A stretch of 64,000 bases of DNA from Actinomycetes bacterium (GTDB taxonomy: Bacteria; Actinomycetota; Thermoleophilia; Gaiellales; JALYLC01). Location: contig JANLRV010000121.1 of NCBI GenBank assembly GCA_031361905.1, positions 9,545 to 73,544 of the forward strand, in the 5' to 3' direction. Every line of letters begins with the position of its first letter. Within the stretch, counting starts at the first letter, position 1. Shown here piece by piece: positions 1 to 8,219 of the stretch. The notes under the pieces were generated by a model. It was not told the DNA's origin. It did not search any database and saw only the letters and a program-made list of their open reading frames with translations. A program made the position numbers and the translations under genes.

Positions 1-71
1 TCGATGATGTCGAGCGTGACCGGGTCGATCTCGATATCCGTGGGGATCTCGGCGATCCTCAGCGTTTCCAT
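1..71 (-). CDS. hydantoinase B/oxoprolinase family protein, first 23 codons only (runs off window edge)
   Basis: ATG at 71, 2 nt after the stop of the upstream hyuA-like gene. Reads METLRIAEIPTDIEIDPVTLDII, parallel to the ..VDPITLRVL.. opening of the HyuB paralog at 11682-13571. Confidence 0.6.
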   Translation of the reverse strand, partial: METLRIAEIPTDIEIDPVTLDII

Positions 72-73
72 GG

Positions 74-2128
74 TCACGCCTCCGGGTTGATCAAGAGGTT
101 GAAGTGGATGTCGACGTCGGCCGCGAAGCCGGGCAGCACCACCGTGGTCGAGTCGAACTCCGTGATCACCGCCGGGCCCGCGATGTGCGCGCCCGGGTTC
201 AGCTTCGTGCGGTCGTAGATGCGCGTCGGCACGCTCGTCCCCTCGAAGAGGATCGCGTGCTCCTCGACGACCGCGGCTGACGGGTCGGCCCCGCCGAGCG
301 TGCCGGTGGGGAGCTCGGGCTTCTGCACGGCCCCGTTGCCGATCGCGCGCAGGTTGACGATCTCGCTCGCGGTCGAGTGCATCCGGAAGCCGTAGAGCTG
401 CTCGTGCAGCGCGTTGAAGCGCTGCTCGAGATCGCCGAGCCCCTGGGCGCGCACGGAGGCTGCGTCGAGCGTGACCGGGATCTCGTATCCCTGCCCGTGG
501 TAGCGCATATCGGCGACGTAGCTGAGCCGCTGGTCGGAGGCCGCGATCCCCTCGGAGTCCATCCACGAGCGCGCGCGCCCGCCGAGGTCGTCGAGGATGT
601 CCGCGACGTCGCCCGGAGGCGCCTCGCGCGTCAGCCGGATCAGCGTGCGGGCGAACTCGTTGCGGAAGTCGGCGACGAGGTCGCCGATCGCGCAGAGCAG
701 CCCGGGCGACGGCGGCACGATCACGGGGAAGCTCCCCATCAGCTTCGCGACGGCATTCGCGTGGAGCGGGCCGGCACCGCCGAACGCGACGAGCGCGAAG
801 TCGCGCGGGTCGTGGCCGCGCTGCACCGAGACGAGCCGCAGCGCGCCCGCCATGTTCTCGTTGACGATCGAGAGGATCCCCTCGGCCGCCTGCTCGAGCG
901 ACAGGCCCATCCCGTCGGCGATCTTCTGCACCGCCGTGCGGGCACCCTCGACATCGAGCGTCATCTCGCCGCCGAGGAGCCGCGGCGGCAGGTGGCCGAC
1001 GACGACGTTCGCATCGGTCACGGTCGGCTCGTCGCCGCCCTTGCCGTAGGCGGCGGGACCGGGCTCGGCGCCCGCCGACTGGGGCCCGACGCGGAGCGCG
1101 CCGGTCAGCGGCGGCACGTGGGCGATCGAGCCGCCGCCCGCGCCGACGGTGTGCACGTTGACGCTCGGCACCTTGATGCGGAAGTGGCTGATCGACGTCT
1201 CGCGCCCGATCGTCGGCTCGCCGTTCTGGCACAGCGCGACGTCGGTGGACGTGCCGCCCATGTCGAACGTGAGGATGTTCGGGTAGCCCGCCCTGGTGGC
1301 GACGTAGAGCGCTCCGGCGACGCCGCCGGACGGCCCGGAGAGCACGCCGTAGATCGGGTTGCGCTGGGCCTCGGTCGTGGTCATCAGGCCGGCGTCAGAG
1401 CGCAGGATGTTGACGTCGCAGGTCGTGCCGAGCTCCTTCAGCGAGCTCTGCAGGCCCTTCACGTAGTCGGCCACCTTCGGCCGCACGTACGAGTTCATGC
1501 AGGCCGTCAGGGTGCGCTCGTACTCGCGGAACTCGGGCAGCACGTGCGAGCTGAGCGTGACCGGGAAGCCCGGGTAGAGCTCCTCGACGATCGCCCCGAT
1601 CTCCTCCTCGTGCGCGCTGTTGACGTACGAGTTGATCAGGCCGACCGTGAGCGACTCGACGCCCGAGTCGACGAGGTCGCGGACGATGCCCTTGACCTGC
1701 TCGCGGTCGACGGGGGTGATCGTATTGCCGCGCGCGTCGAGCCGCTCGATCGCCTCGCGGGTATCCGACAGCAGCGCGGGCGGATCGGGCTTGATCATGA
1801 TGATCCAGCCCGCGAGAGGGCCGGGCGTCTGCGAGCGCGCGAGGTGCAGGATCTGCTTGAACCCCGTCGTCGTGATCAGCCCGACGCGCGCGCCCTTGCT
1901 CTCGAGCACCGCGTTCGTCGCCACGGTCGTGCCGTGCAGGATGTTGCGCAGCTCGGACGGAGCGACGCCGGCCTCGGCGCAGATGCGCTTGACGCCGGCG
2001 AGCACGCCGAGCGATGGGTCGACCGGCGTCGAGGGCGTCTTCACCCGGAACTGCCGGTCGTCCTCGTCGTTGACGAGGACCAGGTCGGTGAACGTCCCAC
2101 CGACGTCCACGCCGAGGCGAAATGCCAT
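74..2128 (-). CDS. hydantoinase A / oxoprolinase family protein (HyuA-like)
   Basis: 684-aa ORF. N-terminus MAFRLGVDVGGTFTDLV is the ATPase motif of the hydantoinase A family. SD-like GGAAGGACGG before the ATG. Paralog of 13588-15711. Confidence 0.9.
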   Translation of the reverse strand: MAFRLGVDVGGTFTDLVLVNDEDDRQFRVKTPSTPVDPSLGVLAGVKRICAEAGVAPSELRNILHGTTVATNAVLESKGARVGLITTTGFKQILHLARSQTPGPLAGWIIMIKPDPPALLSDTREAIERLDARGNTITPVDREQVKGIVRDLVDSGVESLTVGLINSYVNSAHEEEIGAIVEELYPGFPVTLSSHVLPEFREYERTLTACMNSYVRPKVADYVKGLQSSLKELGTTCDVNILRSDAGLMTTTEAQRNPIYGVLSGPSGGVAGALYVATRAGYPNILTFDMGGTSTDVALCQNGEPTIGRETSISHFRIKVPSVNVHTVGAGGGSIAHVPPLTGALRVGPQSAGAEPGPAAYGKGGDEPTVTDANVVVGHLPPRLLGGEMTLDVEGARTAVQKIADGMGLSLEQAAEGILSIVNENMAGALRLVSVQRGHDPRDFALVAFGGAGPLHANAVAKLMGSFPVIVPPSPGLLCAIGDLVADFRNEFARTLIRLTREAPPGDVADILDDLGGRARSWMDSEGIAASDQRLSYVADMRYHGQGYEIPVTLDAASVRAQGLGDLEQRFNALHEQLYGFRMHSTASEIVNLRAIGNGAVQKPELPTGTLGGADPSAAVVEEHAILFEGTSVPTRIYDRTKLNPGAHIAGPAVITEFDSTTVVLPGFAADVDIHFNLLINPEA

Positions 2129-2156
2129 CAGCCGTCCTTCCGTTGCGTGTCGATGC

Positions 2157-3371
2157 TCATGCGATTCCCGCTTCCCGCAGCTCGGCGATCTCGCCGGCCG
2201 TGAGGCCGAGCTCGCCGAGCACGTCGTCGTTGTCGGCCCCCACGGTCCAGCGCGCCCCGTGCCGCACGCCTCCGGGCGTGCTCGCGAGCTTGGGGACGAC
2301 GCCGTTCGCGGCGATCGTGCCGTGCACCTCGTCCTCGTACTCGACGACGAGGCCCCGCTCGCGGAACCACGGGTCGGCGTGCACGTCGGCGGCCGTGTAG
2401 ACCGGCGCGCAGACGACGCCCGCCGCGTTGACCTGCTCGTCCAGCTCCGCCGCCGTGTGCTTGGCCGCCCACTCGCCGATCAGCTCGTCGAGCAGCGCCT
2501 GGTGCTCGCCGCGCGCGGCGTGGTCGGCGAAGCGCGGGTCATCGCCCCACTCCGGATGGCCCATCAGCGCCGCGAGGCGCTTCCACAGGGTGTCGTGGTT
2601 CGCCGCGATCACGACCCACTTGCCGTCGCGCGAGCGGTAGACGTTCGAGGGCGCGATCTTCGGCAGGAACGGTCCGGTCGGCTCGCGCACGAAGCCGCAC
2701 TTGTCGTACTCGACGACCATCGCCTCGGTCATCGCGAAGCACGCGTCGGCGATCGCGGCGTCGACGACCTGCCCGGTCGCGCCGCGCGCGTCGCGCGCGT
2801 AGAGCGCCATCAGGATCCCCTGGAACGCCGATTGCGCGGCCAGCGTGTCGCCCAGCGAGATGCCGCAACGCGGCGGCGCCTGGTCGGGGTAGCCGTTGAT
2901 GTAGCGGAGACCGGCGATCGCCTCGCCTCCCGCAGCGAACCCCGCGCGATCCCGGTAGCTGCCCGTCTGGCCGTAGCCGGAGATGCGCGCGTAGATGCAC
3001 CCCGGGTTGACGGCGTGCACCTGCTCGGGCCCGAGCCCCCACCGCTCCATCGTGCCGGGACGAAAGTTCTCGACGACGACGTCGGCGGTCGCGCACAGCT
3101 CGGCGGCGATCTCCTGGCCGCGCGGCTCGCGCAGGTTGAGCGCGACGGAGCGCTTGTTGCGCGCCAGCACCGACCACCAGAGCGAGTGGTCGTTGTGCCG
3201 CAGCCGGCCCCACTCGCGCATCGGATCGCCAGCGGGCGGCGCCTCGACCTTGACCACGTCGGCGCCGAAGTCGCCGAGCAACGTGCCGACGAACGGGCCG
3301 GCAAGCAGCTGCCCGAACTCGATCGCCCGGAGGCCCGTGAGCGGGCCCGCGGAGAGCGCGTCAGCGACCAT
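2157..3371 (-). CDS. family III (CaiB/BaiF) CoA-transferase
   Basis: 404 aa. The opening LRAIEFGQLLAGPFVGTLLGDFGADVVKVE is typical of CoA_transf_3 proteins. Its ATG overlaps the GntR stop by 11 nt. Confidence 0.9.
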   Translation of the reverse strand: MVADALSAGPLTGLRAIEFGQLLAGPFVGTLLGDFGADVVKVEAPPAGDPMREWGRLRHNDHSLWWSVLARNKRSVALNLREPRGQEIAAELCATADVVVENFRPGTMERWGLGPEQVHAVNPGCIYARISGYGQTGSYRDRAGFAAGGEAIAGLRYINGYPDQAPPRCGISLGDTLAAQSAFQGILMALYARDARGATGQVVDAAIADACFAMTEAMVVEYDKCGFVREPTGPFLPKIAPSNVYRSRDGKWVVIAANHDTLWKRLAALMGHPEWGDDPRFADHAARGEHQALLDELIGEWAAKHTAAELDEQVNAAGVVCAPVYTAADVHADPWFRERGLVVEYEDEVHGTIAANGVVPKLASTPGGVRHGARWTVGADNDDVLGELGLTAGEIAELREAGIA

Positions 3372-4023
3372 TCATCGCCTCGACGAGCGAGTCTTTCGCG
3401 CGCACGATGTGCATTCTCATGACCGCGGCGGCGCGCTCCGGCGAGCGTGCGTCGAGCGCCGAGACGAGCTCGCGATGGCACATCTGCGAGAACGCGCGGT
3501 GCTCGTCGTCACGCCAGAACGCCGTGCGGAAGGCCCGCGGGATGCCCGCGGTCGCCCGCAGCGCAGATGAGAGGCGCGGGCTGCCGGCCGCCTCGATCAC
3601 GACCGCGTGGAACTCCTCGTTCCAGGCGATCTGGTCGTCGATCGCGGCAGGCGTGCGGCCCGCACGGGCATCGGAGAGCACCACCAGCGAGCGCAGGCGA
3701 TCGAGCTGATCGCCGCTCGCGCGCAACGCGGCACGCGCGGCGGCCTCGGGCTCGAGCAGCGCCCGGATCTCGTAGAGATCGATCAGATCGGCGCTCGCGA
3801 ACGAGCGCACGAGCGCGCCGCGCCGGGGCTCGATGTCGACGAGCCCCTCGCCCTCGAGCTGCACGAGCGCCTCGCGGACGGGCGTGCGCGAGCTGCCGAA
3901 GCGCTTCGCGAGCGAGACGGTGCGGAGGCGCTCACCGGGCTCGAACTCGCCCGAGAGGATCGCCTCGCGCAGCTCCTCGGAGACGCGCAGCGAGCTGGTC
4001 AGGCTGGGAGTGATCGCATTCAA
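3361..4023 (-). CDS. GntR family transcriptional regulator (FadR/FCD type)
   Basis: wHTH RLRTVSLAKRFGSSRTPVREALVQLEGEGLV followed by an FCD-like C-terminal domain. I prefer the TTG start at 4023, which leaves the AT-richer palindromic region 4024-4102 non-coding. The alternative ATG at 4119 would overlap the HNH gene. Confidence 0.8.
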   Translation of the reverse strand: MNAITPSLTSSLRVSEELREAILSGEFEPGERLRTVSLAKRFGSSRTPVREALVQLEGEGLVDIEPRRGALVRSFASADLIDLYEIRALLEPEAAARAALRASGDQLDRLRSLVVLSDARAGRTPAAIDDQIAWNEEFHAVVIEAAGSPRLSSALRATAGIPRAFRTAFWRDDEHRAFSQMCHRELVSALDARSPERAAAVMRMHIVRAKDSLVEAMNGR

Positions 4024-4039
4024 GGGAGTGCATACAAAA

Positions 4040-4056
4040 TCACGACGCCATCGTGA
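4040..4056. promoter_or_regulatory. perfect palindrome TCACGA-N5-TCGTGA upstream of the GntR gene (candidate auto-operator)
   Basis: tcacgacgccatcgtga, flanked by an imperfect outer inverted repeat (tgcatacaaaatcacg / cgattttgca). It lies in the 79-nt gap between the HNH stop and the preferred GntR start. Confidence 0.4.
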
Positions 4057-4102
4057 GCGCAAGCTCGTCAGCCACGATTTTGCATTCAAAGTGCCTCCCG
4101 CG

Positions 4103-5236
4103 TCAGCGAGGCGGCGCATGCGGCTGGTTGTCCGTGAGCGCGCGTCCGGTGTCGTCTGCAAAGACGGGATGCTCGGCGTTGCCGCTCGCACGGATGCGGT
4201 GATCGTGCAGCAGCTTGTGGTGCCGAGGGCAGAGCAGGATCAGGTTGTCGAGCTCCGTCTTGCCGCCACGCTCGACCGGGACGACGTGGTGCGCCTCGAT
4301 CTCGCGTGCGGCGGTGCAGCCGGGGTATTGGCAGTGCGATGAGCGCTTGTGGAGCGCGCGCTGCTGCGCGTACGAGGCACAGCGCCCCACCCGCGAGTGC
4401 ACGAGGTCGCGCCCGCTCGGCTTGATCGCGAGGCGGCGCGCGTCGCAGACGAGCCGCTCGGCGGTCTCGACACTGAGCGGCCCCGCGCCCTCGAGCAGCG
4501 GGGGCCCGTCGTCACTGACGTGCACGATCAGGGTGGTGGAGCTTCGCTTCACGCCGCCATCTGCGCTCCCGCGCGGCGCGTTCTGCCCGGCGAGCGTGAC
4601 GAGCGCGTCCGCGGCGGACTGCTGCCAAGCGAGGATGACGCCGGCCCCCTTGTCGATCGCGCGCTGGCTCTTGGCGACGCTCCAGATGGCCTGCTCGAAG
4701 GCGGCGCCCTGCTCGAGCGGCAGGCGGCCGCTGAACACGAGCTCGCGCCGTCCGCGCGTCCAGGACATGCTGAGCGCCCGTCGCTCGTAGAGCGCACGAT
4801 CGTCTTCCACCGTCGGCGGAACGATCGTGCGGGCGGCGAGCGCGATGTCTGCGGGCGGCTTTCCGACTGCGATGCGCGCCAGCTCGGCATCGGTGTCGGG
4901 AGTCGCGAACTGGGCAGCGGCTGCGACCTGATCGAGGGTCAGCGCGCCCGTGCTCAACGCGTGATCGAGCGCGGGCAGGCTGCGCAGCGCGGTGCTCGTG
5001 CGCGTGATGCGCTCGGCGGTGCGATGGTCGCTGCTGCAGATCTGCGCGAGCCACTGCGCGCTCGACGAGCATCCCGCCGCCTGCCAATCGGCATCGTCAT
5101 CGGCCTCGCGCACGATCTGCGTGACCCGCTGCTTGATGCGCGCCTCCTGCTCGCAGAGCGAGCGCAGCTCGAGTCGGCGCGCCTCGCGGCGACGCTCGCG
5201 CACCTGGCCGATCGTCCCATCCGCTGTGGCGAACAT
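4103..5236 (-). CDS. DUF222 domain / HNH endonuclease (REP13E12-like family)
   Basis: Start at ATG 5236 (MFATADGTIG..). DUF222-like N-terminal region. C-terminal HNH motif EIEAHHVVPVERGGKTELDNLILLCPRHHKLLH. Confidence 0.85.
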   Translation of the reverse strand: MFATADGTIGQVRERRREARRLELRSLCEQEARIKQRVTQIVREADDDADWQAAGCSSSAQWLAQICSSDHRTAERITRTSTALRSLPALDHALSTGALTLDQVAAAAQFATPDTDAELARIAVGKPPADIALAARTIVPPTVEDDRALYERRALSMSWTRGRRELVFSGRLPLEQGAAFEQAIWSVAKSQRAIDKGAGVILAWQQSAADALVTLAGQNAPRGSADGGVKRSSTTLIVHVSDDGPPLLEGAGPLSVETAERLVCDARRLAIKPSGRDLVHSRVGRCASYAQQRALHKRSSHCQYPGCTAAREIEAHHVVPVERGGKTELDNLILLCPRHHKLLHDHRIRASGNAEHPVFADDTGRALTDNQPHAPPR

Positions 5237-5268
5237 ATGTTCGTAGACTAGCAACACGAAGACGACGA

Positions 5269-5301
5269 AAGTGTGCCGAAAGTGTGCCGATATCGTGCCG
5301 A
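5269..5301. repeat. 3 x 11-bp tandem direct repeat (AAGTGTGCCGA AAGTGTGCCGA TATCGTGCCGA)
   Basis: Read directly from the sequence, 33-65 nt upstream of the DUF222/HNH start. Units 1 and 2 are identical; unit 3 differs at 3 of 11 positions. Confidence 0.8.
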
Positions 5302-5451
5302 TTTCCAGGACCTTTCGACACGCACACCACCGGCCGCGGAGCGAGCATTGCGAGCAGAGCGAAGCGGCCGGGCCACCCACGGCACGAAAAGCATCCACCA
5401 ATACGCTCACCGCCGAGCAGAGCAACGCAGAGCGACAGGCCGCGATCCACC

Positions 5452-5546
5452 CTACCGCGCGAGCTCGTCACACTCTGCGTGCGGCCGCATCCCGGTCGCG
5501 TGCGCCAGGCGGGCCGTGAGGTTGAACGTCGCGGTCACCTCGATCG
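5452..5546 (-). pseudogene. 3'-terminal fragment of an AhpD/carboxymuconolactone-decarboxylase-family gene (paralog of 6217-6783)
   Basis: Hand alignment gives about 78/94 nt identical to 6217-6310, including a perfect 26-nt core cggccgcatcccggtcgcgtgcgcca. It encodes ..IEVTATFNLTARLAHATGMRPHAECDELAR versus ..IEVAAMFNFTNRMAHATGMRPNAEYHGLAR. Similarity stops abruptly at about 5546. Confidence 0.7.
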
Positions 5547-5639
5547 ATGGCTCTCGCCACCCACGACCGCTGGGCGGCGGGAGCGCACCGTTCGGCGACC
5601 GTATGCGCGGCGACGTGGCCGGCGGACGAGAGTCGTTGC

Positions 5640-6152
5640 ATGAACCTGCAGTCACGTCCATGGCAGCTCGGGTGCAACATCGGCATTGCGGTCGCCGTCG
5701 CGCTCCTCGCGGCGGCGTGCGGGTACGACAACCGGGGAGAGCCGCGCGCGCCCGCCGAGGAACTGTCGGCGCCGAACCTCGGCGACGTGCATGTCTACTG
5801 CGTGGAGAGCCAGAACGTGCGCGTCACGGCGTGCTCGGTCGACCTCGCCGCGGGCGCGGGCCACTCGCCCGCGGAACTCCAGCGCTGGTGGCTGCGCGCC
5901 GCGCACGCGCTGCACGCGGCCGGGACGTTCCACTACATGGACGGCGACTGGCGGTTCGAGGGCGTGTTCATCGAGGCTCGCGACAACGACGGCGCGAAGG
6001 TCGACTACGGCTGGGGCTGCCGCGGGGACGAGCGCCACGCCAACGCCGACGTGGTGAAGCTGATGGTCGACCGCATGCCCGGCGGGCCGAGCGGGATCGG
6101 GTCGCTCGCGGCGGCGCAGGCGAAGGGCTGCACGATCGGACGCGTTCCCTAG
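5640..6152 (+). CDS. hypothetical lipoprotein
   Basis: ATG at 5640 gives MNLQSRPWQLGCNIGIAVAVALLAAACGYD, a signal peptide with lipobox LAAAC. I recognise no family. Confidence 0.6.
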   Translation: MNLQSRPWQLGCNIGIAVAVALLAAACGYDNRGEPRAPAEELSAPNLGDVHVYCVESQNVRVTACSVDLAAGAGHSPAELQRWWLRAAHALHAAGTFHYMDGDWRFEGVFIEARDNDGAKVDYGWGCRGDERHANADVVKLMVDRMPGGPSGIGSLAAAQAKGCTIGRVP

Positions 6153-6216
6153 ACGGGCGGTGCACGGCAGGGGCAGACCCGCTCAAATGCACCGTCCCAG
6201 CCAGATCGTGCGCGCC

Positions 6217-6783
6217 TTACCGCGCGAGCCCGTGATACTCGGCGTTCGGCCGCATCCCGGTCGCGTGCGCCATCCGGTTCGTGAAGTTGAACATGGCCGC
6301 GACCTCGATCACGTCCCAGAGGTCCTCATCGCTCAGCCCGTGCGCTCGCAGCGCGTCGAGGTCGGCCTCCTCGCACTCGGCGGGCCGCACGGTCAGCTTC
6401 GTCGCGTAGTCGAGGATCGCGCGCTGCCGAGGGGTGAGCTCGGCGCGCCGGTAGTCGAGCGTGATCAGGTCGCCATTGACCGGATCCCTCGTCAGCTTGC
6501 GCACCGAGTAGCCGTGCGAGACGAGGCAGTAGGAGCACGCGTTCGCCATCGAGACGGCGACGGCGATCATCTCGCGCTCGGCGGCCGGAAGCGTCTCCGT
6601 CGGCGCCATCACGGCATCGAACTGGCCGACCCAGGCGGCGAGACGGCTCGGGCGCCACTGGTAGGCCAAGAAGACGTTCGGCACGAACCCGAGCTTCTCG
6701 CGGCAGCGCGCGTAGACGGCCTGCAGATCGGGGGAGAGCTCGCGCTCGTCGCCGGAAGGGAACCAGCTGATCGGAGTCGACAT
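6217..6783 (-). CDS. peroxidase-related enzyme, AhpD/carboxymuconolactone decarboxylase (CMD) family
   Basis: 188 aa. CxxC-type motif ANACSYCLVSHG typical of AhpD-like CMD proteins. Confidence 0.8.
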   Translation of the reverse strand: MSTPISWFPSGDERELSPDLQAVYARCREKLGFVPNVFLAYQWRPSRLAAWVGQFDAVMAPTETLPAAEREMIAVAVSMANACSYCLVSHGYSVRKLTRDPVNGDLITLDYRRAELTPRQRAILDYATKLTVRPAECEEADLDALRAHGLSDEDLWDVIEVAAMFNFTNRMAHATGMRPNAEYHGLAR

Positions 6784-6883
6784 GCGCGCAGACTACGGCG
6801 TAGGCAAGGGACTCGCAGACTCCGGATTCCGATGCGCTAGCCTCGCGGCAGAATCGCTCGATAGCGTCGGTGAGGAGACGAGT

Positions 6884-8203
6884 ATGTCGACATCGGAACA
6901 ACCCGAGATCGATCCTGCGGCGTTCGCCGCAATGCTGGCTGATTCGTTCGTCGATCGGCTCGGCGACTGCCATCAGGCCCACTCCCTCGAGGAGCTCGCA
7001 CGCGGTGTCGCCGGCCCGGACGTGATTGCGATGCTGCCGGACGCGTTCGTCAAGCGCACCTTCGATGCGCTTGCACAGCGACCGGGGACGAGAGTGCTCT
7101 TCGAGGCCGCGAGCCGGGTCTGCGCGCCGCACCTCGTCGCGCGCATGCAACAGCTCGCCGCCGACCGTGAGGCCGCGGGAGACAGCACATCAACGCTCGT
7201 CTCGCAGGTTGGCGAGCTCACGGTCGACGAGTTCTTCCGGATCGACAGCGAGGGCGACGAGGATGCCTGCGTCGTCCGCCTGACCCGGCCGAAGCAGAAG
7301 CGCTCGCAGCTCTTGCTGTTCTCGCGCGACCGTCGCCTCCCCCACCTCCCGCTTCGTCTCGGATCGCTCACGGAGCCGCTCTCGCCGCACCGGATCAACA
7401 GGCTCTTCGCCGACCTGCGAGGCGACCGGGAGATTCCCGTTCCGGCCACCGTCGACGAGTTTCCGGCATGGCTCGTCGAGGGGGCGCGCGCCTCCGCAGA
7501 GCTGATGCTCGGACCGACGGCAGAGGGCGGAGAGATCGCCGTCCAGCTCTTGCGTCAGCTCGGCGAGCCGGAGCTGGCGGACAGGCTCTCTCGGCTGTTC
7601 CCGCTCGAGCTCGACTACGACGAGGACGGCAGCGAGCTCGATGAGGCAAGCTATGACGACCTGATGGACGAGGTCGACGACGTGGCGAACGACTTCGCGA
7701 GGTGGCTCGGTGAGGACGCGAGCGGGCTCGGCGACGACGAGATCTCACAGGCGCGCCAAGACGTCGAGCTCGCGCTCGAGTTCCGGGCGAACTACCTGGG
7801 CATAGGGCCGAGCGGCGTCTGGACCGACGAAGAGCTCGACGCGTTCCTGCTCTCGTTCGTTCCGCGCAAGGTGATGACGAGCGAGGACGACCGCGCCCGG
7901 ATGCCCGCCTCGCTGGTGCAGATGTTCTGCTTCCTCGGCGAGCGCGGCGACGTGATCCCGCCGGCGGCAGAGAAGCTCGCGCATCGGGCGGCCGCGCTGT
8001 CTGAGACGTTCGCACGGCGGGCGGGGGATCCCACGAGGCGGGGACCGTCCGGCGCGCTGATTGCCGCGATGGTCGCAGAGGGCGTCGACCTTGCCGCCCC
8101 GGACGCGCTGCAGGCGTGGATCGCCGGGTTCAACGCGCGGCCACTGGAGGATCGCGACGCGATTCTCGGCATGTCCCTGCCGACGATCCTCGAGGAGGAA
8201 TAG
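6884..8203 (+). CDS. hypothetical protein, highly acidic
   Basis: ATG at 6884 preceded by GGAGA. 439 aa with D/E-rich stretches (LDYDEDGSELDEASYDDLMDEVDDV). No motif I recognise. Confidence 0.6.
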   Translation: MSTSEQPEIDPAAFAAMLADSFVDRLGDCHQAHSLEELARGVAGPDVIAMLPDAFVKRTFDALAQRPGTRVLFEAASRVCAPHLVARMQQLAADREAAGDSTSTLVSQVGELTVDEFFRIDSEGDEDACVVRLTRPKQKRSQLLLFSRDRRLPHLPLRLGSLTEPLSPHRINRLFADLRGDREIPVPATVDEFPAWLVEGARASAELMLGPTAEGGEIAVQLLRQLGEPELADRLSRLFPLELDYDEDGSELDEASYDDLMDEVDDVANDFARWLGEDASGLGDDEISQARQDVELALEFRANYLGIGPSGVWTDEELDAFLLSFVPRKVMTSEDDRARMPASLVQMFCFLGERGDVIPPAAEKLAHRAAALSETFARRAGDPTRRGPSGALIAAMVAEGVDLAAPDALQAWIAGFNARPLEDRDAILGMSLPTILEEE

Positions 8204-8219
8204 CCCGTCTTGCGCACGC

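Noticed and set aside
377-2203. 608-aa plus-strand ORF antisense to hyuA. Similar long antisense or out-of-frame ORFs occur at 1620-3422, 7792-9969, 11718-13634, 13963-15786, 28033-30813, 34335-36797, 39418-41538, 39441-42581, 43518-46013 and 57382-59829.
   Set aside because: These are typical high-GC artefacts. Their translations are Arg/Ala/Pro/Gly-rich and low-complexity, with no recognisable motifs. Each is fully shadowed by an opposite-strand or other-frame gene with clear family signatures.
4024-4119. Longer GntR start at ATG 4119 (253 aa).
   Set aside because: It would overlap the HNH gene by 17 nt and translate through an AT-richer, palindrome-rich stretch. TTG 4023 gives a typical 14-residue lead-in to the wHTH. 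It is kept as an alternative, not excluded.
5269-5301. Tandem repeats as a possible CRISPR array.
   Set aside because: The units are 11 bp and directly abutting, with no spacers. There are only three copies and no cas genes in the window.
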